Below, piece by piece: positions 1-7,694 of a stretch of DNA of 20,949 nucleotides. The translations under genes were made by a program, and so were the position numbers. Source of the DNA: Gemmatimonadota bacterium (GTDB lineage: Bacteria > Gemmatimonadota > Gemmatimonadetes > Gemmatimonadales > GWC2-71-9). The stretch is taken from positions 1 through 20,949 of the forward strand of contig JAZDCY010000066.1 in the NCBI GenBank assembly GCA_036679645.1, written 5' to 3'. The notes below the pieces were generated by a model that was not told the DNA's origin, did no database searches, and saw only the letters and a program-made list of their open reading frames with translations. Each line of letters begins with the position of its first letter. Position 1 is the stretch's first letter.

Positions 1-1
1 A

Positions 2-190
2 CACGGCATGGTGGACGACAACGTGCTCTTCTACGATACTGCCCGTCTGGCGCAGCGGTTGATCGAGCTGGGCAAGGAGAACTGGGAGGTCGCCATGTAC
101 CCCGCCGAGCGGCATGGGTTTACGGAAGTGGCCAGCTGGCGGGACGAGTACAGGCGGATTCTGAAGTTGTTTGAGACGGTCATGAGATAG
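2..190 (+). CDS. S9 family peptidase (prolyl oligopeptidase/DPP IV-like), C-terminal fragment
   Basis: HGMVDDNV (catalytic Asp region) and YPAERHGF (catalytic His); 5' end lies outside the window. Confidence 0.9.
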   Translation, partial: HGMVDDNVLFYDTARLAQRLIELGKENWEVAMYPAERHGFTEVASWRDEYRRILKLFETVMR

Positions 191-266
191 GGGGACACCC
201 CCCCGGTGTTCTCCGTCACCGCCCCGGGGTCAGGGCTTTCTCCTTTTTCTTGCAAAGCCCCGGACC
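191..266. terminator. Two hairpins after the peptidase stop; possible terminator
   Basis: GGGGACACC/GGTGTTCTCC stem, then GGTCAGGGCTTT/AAAGCCCCGGACC around a T-rich loop. Confidence 0.35.
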
Positions 267-279
267 GCCACCGTATTAT
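250..279 (+). promoter_or_regulatory. Putative sigma70 promoter
   Basis: TTGCAA-N18-TATTAT upstream of AGGAG (313-317) and ATG 323. Confidence 0.5.
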
Positions 280-322
280 GGCCGAGTCCGTTTGTCACCC
301 CAGCTTCTCAGCAGGAGCGTTC

Positions 323-2856
323 ATGTCTCGTAGCCGTTCGATCGTCTCGATCGTGGCTGTCGCGGCGGCCGTCTGGTCGTGTGGCGACAGCACGACAACC
401 CCTCCGACGCCGCAGCCCACTTCGTCCTCGAGCGGGTTGGTGACCGCTATTTCGAACGGGCAGGCTGATGTCACGGTGACCAACGGAACGCTGACGGCGA
501 CCGCAGCGGTCGAGGTGGCGCAGCTCGTGACCCAGCTCTTCAAGATCAGCGGCGACGCCCAGACCGGTACGGTTGGCGAGGCGCTGGCACAGCCCGTTTC
601 CGTAGAGGCACGTGATCGGCTGGGGCAGGCGGTACCGGGAGGGGCCGGCGGGGCGCTCGCGAACACCACGGTGCAGTTCGCGGTGACGGGCGGGGGTGGA
701 TCCGTGCTGCCCGTGTCGGGTCCGATTGGAGCGGACGGGCGGGCCTCGACGACGTGGACGCTCGGTACGGTCTCCGGTGGACACACTATGACGGCCGAGC
801 TACTCGGCGGCCAGCTCACCACGACGTTCACGGCGAGCTTTGGCGCGACCGCGGCTGCAGGTCCCACAGCCACGGCTGTTGCCGCCTCGGGGAATACCCA
901 GACGGGCACCGTGGCCAGTGCGCTTCCCGGCCCGTTGGTCGTTTCGGTCCAGGACCAGTTTGCGAACCCTGTGCCGGGTATCGATGTGTCGTTCGCCGTA
1001 ACCCAGGGGGGCGGATCGGTCGATGCGAGTTCGGTGATGACAGACAGTGCGGGTGCTGCGTCGGTCACGTGGACACTCGGCAATACGCCGGGCGCCAACG
1101 TTGTGACGTTCACCGTTGCGGGACTCGCGCCGGGCACGTTTACGTCGACCGGCCAACTTGGGCCACCAGCCAATGTTGTCGTCACAGCGGGCGACGCGCA
1201 GAGCGCACCGGTCAATACGGCGGTGGCTACCGCGCCGACCGTGCAAGTCACGGATGTCGGCGGGAACCCGTTGACTGGGCAGACCGTCACGTTCGCGGTA
1301 ACCGGTGGTGGTGGCAGCGTGACGGGTGGAACCCCGATCACTGACGGAAGCGGGAATGCGACGGTCACGAGCTGGACGCTCGGCACTACGGCCGGCGCCA
1401 ACGAGCTGACGGCAACCGCCGGGACCGCGAGCGGCATGATCACAGCCACCGGTAATCCCGGTCCGGCGACCAACATGGCGGTAGACGCCGGTGACGGTCA
1501 GTGGTGGTGACCGATGCGTTTGGGAACGCGGTGAGCGGAGAGTCGATTGCGTTCACTGTGACCGGTGGCGCCGGCTCGGTGACGGGATCGCCAGCCAGCA
1601 GCGACGCATCCGGCATTGCGGCCGCCGTGAGTTGGACGCTTGGGGGCGCCCCGGCAACCAACACGTTGGACGCAACGGGTGCGGGACTTCCGACCGTCAC
1701 CTTTACCGCTACCGGTGTCGCCGCGACGCCGGACCTCGTGGTGGTGAACGACGGTGACAACCAGACGGGCCTGATCGGCGTGCCGGTGAACATCGCTCCG
1801 TCGGTGCTGGTGACCTCGGGCGGGTTCCCGTTCCCCGGCGCAAACGTCACGTTTGCCGTGACGGGCGGTGGTGGGAGCGTCACGAACAATGTCGTGGTGA
1901 CTGGCGCCAACGGCATCGCGCAGGTTGGGAGCTGGACTTTGGGTGTGGGGCCAGGCGTAAACACGGTGGATGCTACGGTAACCGGCACCGGTATCACCGG
2001 TAACCCGGTTGCATTCACAGCGACCGGTCAGGCGTCACAATTCAGCATCACATTGCAGTTCACGCTGACACCTACTGCGGCCCAACAGGCCGCGTTTGAT
2101 TCGGCAGCGGCGCTTTGGACGCGCGCGATCATCGGGGATCTCGCCGATGTTCAGGTTGTGACGACCCCAGGGCAGTGTGGGTCTGGCGACCCGGGCCTCA
2201 ACCAGGCCGTGGACGATGTCTTGATTCTCGTAACGCTGGATTCCATCGACGGGCCGGGCACCATTCTGGGACAGGCGCGCCCGTGTTTGATCCGGACCAC
2301 CGGGAATCTACCGCTGCTGGGAGAGATGACCTTCGACACGGCGGATCTCGCAACTCTCGACCTCGAACGCACGGCGATACACGAGATGGGACATGTGCTC
2401 GGTTTCGGGAGCATCTGGTCCATTTTTGGCTTTCTACAAACCCCCTCTCTTCCGAGCAGCCCGGGTGTGGACACGCACTTCGACGGTCCGGTCGCAATCG
2501 CCGCTTTTGACTCGATTGGCGGTACCAACTACACCGGCGGGGCCAAGGTCCCAGTGGAGAATACGTTGTTCGGGCAGGGAACGAGGGACTCACACTGGAG
2601 AGAATCCGTCTTCGACGCGGAGTTGATGACGGGAATCTCGGAAGCGACGGGCCCGATGCCGCTGAGTGTCCTGTCCATAGCCTCGCTGCAGGATTTGGGC
2701 TATCTGGTCAACTTCTCGGCCGCCGAACCATACAGCCAGGTATTCACACTCCGTGCTGGACCCCCGCGGTCGACGGATCTTCGCGATGAGGTGATTCGTG
2801 CTCCTATCTACGTCGTGGACCGCAGGGGAAGGGTTGTGAATGTCATACAACCGTAG
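323..2856 (+). pseudogene. Lipoprotein with tandem Ig-like domains and a C-terminal leishmanolysin-like (M8) zinc metallopeptidase, frameshifted near 1500 (pieces 323-1510 and 1501-2856)
   Basis: Signal peptide ending AVWSC; repeated GDxQ...VTD..GN...FAVTGGGGSV...WTLG units; HEMGH (2380-2394), SHW and ELMTG motifs. One repeat unit continues across the frame change. May be an assembly error. Confidence 0.8.
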
Positions 2857-2860
2857 ATCA

Positions 2861-3469
2861 ATGGAGAGGATGGGGCGTACACCTCGCGCCCGTCTTGCCG
2901 CGACGGTGGCGATGCTGGCGGCGTTCGGATGTGCCGGGTCGTCGGAAAGGGACGCGGCTGTCGATCCCGACGGCTGTGGCCCTGTGCAACGGACGCTCGC
3001 GCCCGGGTCAGATGTCTCCGCCGCCGAGGGTCTCGCCGGGAACTACACCTTGACCATGGTCCGGACGTCCGGTGACACATTGTCCGTGGTCGGTACCCTG
3101 ACCCTCGTGCCCCAAGTTGATTCCCTGCGGCCCCTTCCGTTGCCGGATGCCGCCCCTGAGCCACGGCCGACGATTCCGCTGATCGGGACTGCAGAGATTG
3201 CCGTGGAAGACGTCGGCGCGCATCGGCTCGGCGCATTGGATTCTGATGACCCAATGCGCCCCGGGGTGATCATGGTTCATCGGCCGGGGGAAATCACAAT
3301 GAGGTTTGGCTCCGACGTCAACATCCGTGAGATGCCGGCGTTCGACGGGGGATACCTCGCGTTTTTCGTGGCGCACGTGGACAGTACGGGATTCGCGGGT
3401 GGCTGGTCGAGCGGCGTACAAATGCGAGATGCGGAAGGATTTTTTTGCGCGGTGCGTGCGGCTAGTTAG
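2861..3469 (+). CDS. Hypothetical lipoprotein
   Basis: Basic N-terminus, hydrophobic stretch and LAAFGC lipobox-like site; followed by a terminator. Start is 2861 or 2870. Confidence 0.75.
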   Translation: MERMGRTPRARLAATVAMLAAFGCAGSSERDAAVDPDGCGPVQRTLAPGSDVSAAEGLAGNYTLTMVRTSGDTLSVVGTLTLVPQVDSLRPLPLPDAAPEPRPTIPLIGTAEIAVEDVGAHRLGALDSDDPMRPGVIMVHRPGEITMRFGSDVNIREMPAFDGGYLAFFVAHVDSTGFAGGWSSGVQMRDAEGFFCAVRAAS

Positions 3470-3491
3470 CAATTGGCCTTGCACAAGAACG

Positions 3492-3528
3492 AAACGGGGC
3501 TCCCTCGCAGGAGCCCCGTTTTCTCTTT
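3492..3528. terminator. Bidirectional intrinsic terminator
   Basis: AAACGGGGCTCC-N6-GGAGCCCCGTTT, T-rich on the right, A-rich on the left, between convergent genes. Confidence 0.85.
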
Positions 3529-3546
3529 GGCGTCCGTGTGGCAGCT

Positions 3547-4020
3547 CTAAACCGTCGCCTCTTCGCGTACCGCGACGATCATCCTGAACCACGGGGCCTC
3601 GTGCGCACGGTTGTGGCGGTCCACGGCGGTCCTTGCCGCAGAGACACCGGACACAACGTGACGGACGAAAGTCTCCGGCAACTCATCTGCTTCGGCGTCG
3701 ATTGCAACCGACGCTACGTAGTCGTTGAGGAAGCAGCGATTCTGCGATGGCGTGCGCTGCGGGGTTGCAAAGACCCGGTCGTGCTCGAGACGTAGCGTGA
3801 GATCTGTGTTTTCGTCGAACGCGTAGAGCGTCACGACTATACATCCCGTCCCGATCCCGTCCGGGAAGCTGAGCGGCGCCGAGACACGGACTAGCCGCGC
3901 CGCATCGGTCGGCGAAACGCTCGGTGCATTCCCCGTCACGCGCTCCACCAGCGCCGCTACAGCCTGAGTCAGGCTGCGTCCTACGACCGGTGATGTGACT
4001 ACTCGACAAAGCGCGCTCAT
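3547..4020 (-). CDS. Hypothetical protein (157 aa)
   Basis: GGAG 6 nt before ATG; protein-like composition; ends next to the terminator. Confidence 0.75.
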   Translation of the reverse strand: MSALCRVVTSPVVGRSLTQAVAALVERVTGNAPSVSPTDAARLVRVSAPLSFPDGIGTGCIVVTLYAFDENTDLTLRLEHDRVFATPQRTPSQNRCFLNDYVASVAIDAEADELPETFVRHVVSGVSAARTAVDRHNRAHEAPWFRMIVAVREEATV

Positions 4021-4055
4021 GACTCACTCCATGTGGGTCTCTGCCTATGTAACAT

Positions 4056-4072
4056 TGCCAGAACTGTGCCAG
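4056..4072 (-). promoter_or_regulatory. Putative sigma54 -24/-12 promoter
   Basis: Minus strand CTGGCACAGTTCTGGCA vs consensus YTGGCACGNNNNTTGCW; exact GG-N10-GC spacing; predicted start near 4045, just upstream of the RBS. Confidence 0.6.
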
Positions 4073-4223
4073 GTTCCCCATAGGAACGCTGTTCTGGTGC
4101 AATCGCCTGGCATGCAACCAGTTGCACCCACGATTCCCCACGTCTTCATACACCATTATCGGTCCCCTGTGTCGCTTTCTGCAGGCGCCCTGTTCTGTCG
4201 TCCCCGAGGACCGCGTGATACAG

Positions 4224-4305
4224 TGTGATCGGGAACACACGGGAACATGTGGAACAATCACAGCGGGTGTGAACGTTGTGAACGCTGAATGTCGAATGCT
4301 GAACG
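4224..4305. repeat. Intergenic short repeats with a CRP-like box
   Basis: TGTGA-N6-ACACA (4224-4239); GGAACA x3 (4232-4256); TGTGAACG x2; then GAATGTC GAATGCT GAACGC. Confidence 0.45.
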
Positions 4306-4351
4306 CCGCACGTTGCATGCGGCGCGTTGAGCTTCGCGAGGACCATGAGGT

Positions 4352-5032
4352 ATGATGACGCTCGAGGCGGTAACCCCGTTTGTCGAACAGTACGGCTACT
4401 TGATGCTGTTGGTTGTCGGATTCGTCGAATACGTCGGCGTGCCAATCGCGAGCATGCCGGTGCTGTTAGTCGCCGGAGCTATGATAGGGGTTGGTACGCT
4501 TGCGCCGGTTCCGGCCGTGGCTTTCGTCGTTGTGGGCGCTCTCCTCGGCGATGCGGTGTGGTTCGGCTTCGCCCGCGTGCGTGGCGAGCGCATCGTGAAC
4601 CGTGTGTGCGGCATCACCTCCAATCCGCGCGCATGCATTTACGGTGTGACCAGCCGCATCGAGCGCCTCGGGCCAGCGTACATCATCCCCGCCAAGTTCA
4701 TTCCGGGCACGGGAAACTTGATTGCGGCTGCGGCCGGTTTTGCCGGCATGCGCGCCAGAACGTTCTTCCTGGCCGATGCTCTCGCCCTCACTCTGTGGGC
4801 CTCGGTATACATGCTCGTCGGACGCGTCTTTGCGGACCAGGTAGAGGTCGGGATGGCGTGGTTGCTGGGGACGGTGCGCATAGTCGCCGTGGTGGCGCTA
4901 TCGCTTGTCGCCGCGGCGGCTCTGGTCAGGTGGGTGAAGGTCCGCCATCACCGGCGGGGCCACGCACAGCTCGCGGCCGCCGCCACGGCCACGTCAGGTC
5001 CATCCACACCGGAGCACGCCACGGCCCTCTGA
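4352..5032 (+). CDS. DedA/VTT family membrane protein
   Basis: YGY...EYVGVPI, GALLGDAVWF, AKFIPG, AAAGFAGM...FFLAD; GAGG before ATGATG. Confidence 0.88.
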   Translation: MMTLEAVTPFVEQYGYLMLLVVGFVEYVGVPIASMPVLLVAGAMIGVGTLAPVPAVAFVVVGALLGDAVWFGFARVRGERIVNRVCGITSNPRACIYGVTSRIERLGPAYIIPAKFIPGTGNLIAAAAGFAGMRARTFFLADALALTLWASVYMLVGRVFADQVEVGMAWLLGTVRIVAVVALSLVAAAALVRWVKVRHHRRGHAQLAAAATATSGPSTPEHATAL

Positions 5033-5098
5033 CGCGCGCTTGCAGGGTGTGGTGAGCCGGGGATATGTTCGGGCTGTTCTTCACTCCCTCGGCCCGGC

Positions 5099-5758
5099 AT
5101 GCGACGACGGCATTTAGTGCTTGTCCTGCTGCTCCTGCTCCCCACACTTGGGGCCTTGGCATGTGGTTCCGGCGGACCGCTGGAGTCGCAACCGCCCGCC
5201 GGCCCTACCGTGTCGATCGTGCCCATGGGCGTCCAACTCGACGCCGTCGGGGCACGCGAGCAACTCACCGCTACAGTGTTCGATGCAACGGGCGTCGTCA
5301 GACCAAAGGCCGAGGTCACCTGGTCGACTCGCGATCCCACTATAGCCAGCGTCGAAGACGGAATCGTCGTGGCGCTGAGGAACGGCACCGCTGTGGTCGA
5401 GGCCCAGTACGACACGCTGGTCGGGACAGTCGAGGTCCGCGTGCAGCAGGTTGGGGTGACGCTGTTCAAGGTGTCCGGCGACGAACAGTCGGGAACGGTG
5501 GGTTTCCCCCTCGGCCGGCCGCTCGTTGCCCAGGTTGACGACCGGCTCGGCAGCCCGGTGCAGGGTGTGGCTGTCTTCTTCCGGGTCGTAACTGGGGCCG
5601 GTTCCCTCAGCGATCCGGCACCCCACACAAATGCGAGCGGCATCGCGCAGACCACCTGGACGCTCGGACCAACGGCGGGCGATCAGGTCGTCGCGGCATC
5701 GCTGATTGCTGGTGCCGTGACGCCGGCGTTGTATAACGCTAGGGCAGCAGAGAGATAG
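5099..5758 (+). CDS. Lipoprotein with two Ig-like domains (Big_2-like plus Big_1-like)
   Basis: Signal ending ALAC; QLTATV..VTWST..P.IASV..G.V.A..NG; SGDEQSGTVG...TTWTLG. Confidence 0.85.
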   Translation: MRRRHLVLVLLLLLPTLGALACGSGGPLESQPPAGPTVSIVPMGVQLDAVGAREQLTATVFDATGVVRPKAEVTWSTRDPTIASVEDGIVVALRNGTAVVEAQYDTLVGTVEVRVQQVGVTLFKVSGDEQSGTVGFPLGRPLVAQVDDRLGSPVQGVAVFFRVVTGAGSLSDPAPHTNASGIAQTTWTLGPTAGDQVVAASLIAGAVTPALYNARAAER

Positions 5759-5857
5759 ACGCACAGTTGCACAGTTGCACAGTTGCTCAGACGCTCAGTA
5801 GTGAATGTTCACCCCTGAGCGTCTGTGCGTCTGCGCGTCTATGCGTCTATGCGTCTA
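5756..5857. repeat. Palindromic element built from octamers, copy 1
   Basis: TAGAC(GCACAGTT)3 GCTCAGAC GCTCAG, 16-nt spacer, CTGAGCGT CTGTGCGT CTGCGCGT (CTATGCGT)2 CTA. Confidence 0.9.
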
Positions 5858-5863
5858 GCTGTA

Positions 5864-5936
5864 TGGAGCGGACGGGGCTCGAACCCGTGACCCCCGGCTT
5901 GCAAAGCCGGTGCTCTCCCAACTGAGCTACCGCCCC
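5864..5936 (-). tRNA. tRNA-Ala (TGC), CCA not encoded
   Basis: Acceptor stem GGGGCGG/CCGCTCC with G3:U70 alanine determinant, discriminator A, anticodon arm CCGGC-TTTGCAA-GCCGG, GTTCGAG T-loop. Confidence 0.97.
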
Positions 5937-5973
5937 TATTCGTCGAAAATTAGGCAAGGACGGTCGTTCGTGT

Positions 5974-6051
5974 TAGACGCACAGTGGCACAGACGCTCAG
6001 TGGTCAATACACACCCCTGAGCGTCTGAGCTTCTGAGCACCTGAGCGTCTA
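5974..6051. repeat. Palindromic element built from octamers, copy 2
   Basis: TAGAC GCACAGTG GCACAGAC GCTCAG, 16-nt spacer, CTGAGCGT CTGAGCTT CTGAGCAC CTGAGCGT CTA. Confidence 0.9.
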
Positions 6052-6070
6052 TGGGTCCCTGCGTCTCTCC

Positions 6071-6829
6071 CTAGGGCGTCGTCTCCACTTGGTCCGTACT
6101 CCGCCGCCCCAGATTCTCCGCCGCCGCCGCCACCGTACCCGGTTCCACTCGGCCCAATTCATCCAGCTGCGCAGTCACTTCGATCGATGCCCGATCGCCA
6201 ATGGCGATGCGGCGGCCGGTGACCACGATGAGTCCCTGATTGGACATCTCCCGCAGCGTGCGCGATACGGTCTCCCGGCTTGCCCCGATCATCTGCGCGA
6301 TGGTCTGATGTGTGATTCCCTTGGGCACGTTCTGGCCATCGTTCTGGGCTGCCATCTCGATGATGAGCCGGGCGACTCGGCCCTTCACGTCCAGGAGCAC
6401 CAGACCGCCGATCATGCTGTCTGCCCGGCGTAGCCGCTGGCAGAGCGTGCGCAGCAGCCCCACCGAAATCCCGGGCATGTCGTTGAGGCAGCGTCGGAAA
6501 TCGTCGCGCCGGAGCACGAGCAGATGCGAGTCCTGCATGGCGATCACGTGTGCCGAGAGCGGCTGATCGTCGATCAAAGAGAGCTCGCCGAAAAAATCCC
6601 CTTTCCCACGGGTCGCGAGAATGACCTCGCGGCCGTCCTCCGCTGTGTGTACGAGCTTCACCTGCCCTTCCAGCACCACGTAGAGGGCGTTGCCTGAATC
6701 GCTCTCGAAGAGGATGATGCTGGCCTTGGGGTAGTCGCGGTTGACCGCCGCCTCACGGATCCGCCAGATGTCCCCCTCTCGTAGCTGGGAGAAGAGCGGG
6801 ATCGTGCGAAGTGTGGCTTCCAGGACCAT
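6071..6829 (-). CDS. Crp/Fnr family transcriptional regulator
   Basis: LRTIPLFSQL, LYVVLEGQVKL, GDFFGELSLI, HTH THQTIAQMIGASRETVSR. Start trimmed to MVLEATL. Confidence 0.93.
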   Translation of the reverse strand: MVLEATLRTIPLFSQLREGDIWRIREAAVNRDYPKASIILFESDSGNALYVVLEGQVKLVHTAEDGREVILATRGKGDFFGELSLIDDQPLSAHVIAMQDSHLLVLRRDDFRRCLNDMPGISVGLLRTLCQRLRRADSMIGGLVLLDVKGRVARLIIEMAAQNDGQNVPKGITHQTIAQMIGASRETVSRTLREMSNQGLIVVTGRRIAIGDRASIEVTAQLDELGRVEPGTVAAAAENLGRRSTDQVETTP

Positions 6830-6928
6830 AGAAGTCTCGTATCTGTCAGGTACCACTGCGTTTATAAGACTTCTGTGGCCAGAATGCAACGGTGGGGTGG
6901 TCGTGCGTGGTACTCGGTTGACACTGCG

Positions 6929-6971
6929 GTAGGGGCGCACGCCATGCTCGGAGCATGCCATGCGCCCCTAC
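6929..6971. repeat. GTAG-family REP-like palindrome
   Basis: GTAGGGGCGCA...CATGCTC G GAGCATG...TGCGCCCCTAC just past the SOD stop. Confidence 0.75.
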
Positions 6972-6974
6972 CAC

Positions 6975-7583
6975 CTACTTCGCCGCCACGTACCTGCGCG
7001 ACACCTCTTCCCAATTCACCACGTTCCACCATGCCGAGATGTAGTCCGGGCGCCGGTTCTGGTACTGCAGGTAGTAGGCGTGCTCCCAGACGTCCAGGCC
7101 CAGGACTGGCTTGTCGCCTTCCATGAGAGGGCTGTTCTGGTTGGGTGCGCTGTAGACGGCGAGGTCGCCACCTTTCACGACCAGCCAGGCCCAGCCGCTC
7201 CCGAACCGCGTTGCCGCCGCTTTGGCGAACTCGTCCTTGAACGCGTCAAAGCTGCCGAACGATGTGCCGATGGCGTTGGCCAGCCCGCCCTCGGGCTCGC
7301 CGCCCCCGTCCGCGCTCATCACCTGCCAGAAGAGCTTGTGGTTCGCGTGGCCGCCGCCGTTGTTTCGCACGGCTGTACGGATGGCCTCCGGGAGGCTGGA
7401 TATATCACGCAGCAGGTCTTCGAGCGACTTGGTTTGTAGGTCCTCATGCGGTTCGAGCGCCGCATTGAGCTTGCTGACGTAGCCCGCATGGTGTTTGTCG
7501 TGATGGATCTCCATCGTGCGCGCGTCGATGTGCGGCTCGAGCGCGTCGAATGCGTAGGGAAGAGATGGCAACTCGTGGGCCAT
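6975..7583 (-). CDS. sodA: Superoxide dismutase, Mn/Fe family, Mn-type signature
   Basis: [55 protein letters not shown]. Confidence 0.95.
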   Translation of the reverse strand: MAHELPSLPYAFDALEPHIDARTMEIHHDKHHAGYVSKLNAALEPHEDLQTKSLEDLLRDISSLPEAIRTAVRNNGGGHANHKLFWQVMSADGGGEPEGGLANAIGTSFGSFDAFKDEFAKAAATRFGSGWAWLVVKGGDLAVYSAPNQNSPLMEGDKPVLGLDVWEHAYYLQYQNRRPDYISAWWNVVNWEEVSRRYVAAK

Positions 7584-7694
7584 TTATCACTAGCCTCCAG
7601 TGGAGTTCGGTTCTCGGTGAGCGATGAAATATACGGGAGTGGCCCCGTCGGGGTGAGTGGGCGGTGATCGTGCGCGTACCGCTAACCGCGCACC

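Noticed and set aside
295..1476. Long antisense ORF (also 14462-15520, 12384-13262, 4948-5655)
   Set aside because: Shadows of GC-rich coding genes; no recognisable motifs.
4122..4355. Small ORFs in the intergenic region
   Set aside because: No RBS or motifs; they cross regulatory-looking repeats.
5756..6051. Repeats as a CRISPR array or att sites
   Set aside because: No constant repeat with unique spacers, no cas or integrase gene, no duplicated tRNA 3' end.
6918..6946. Perfect TTGACA on the plus strand
   Set aside because: No well-spaced -10, and antisense to neighbouring genes.
6830..6961. Extended N-terminus of the Crp ORF
   Set aside because: Runs through the REP palindrome; family similarity starts at 6829.
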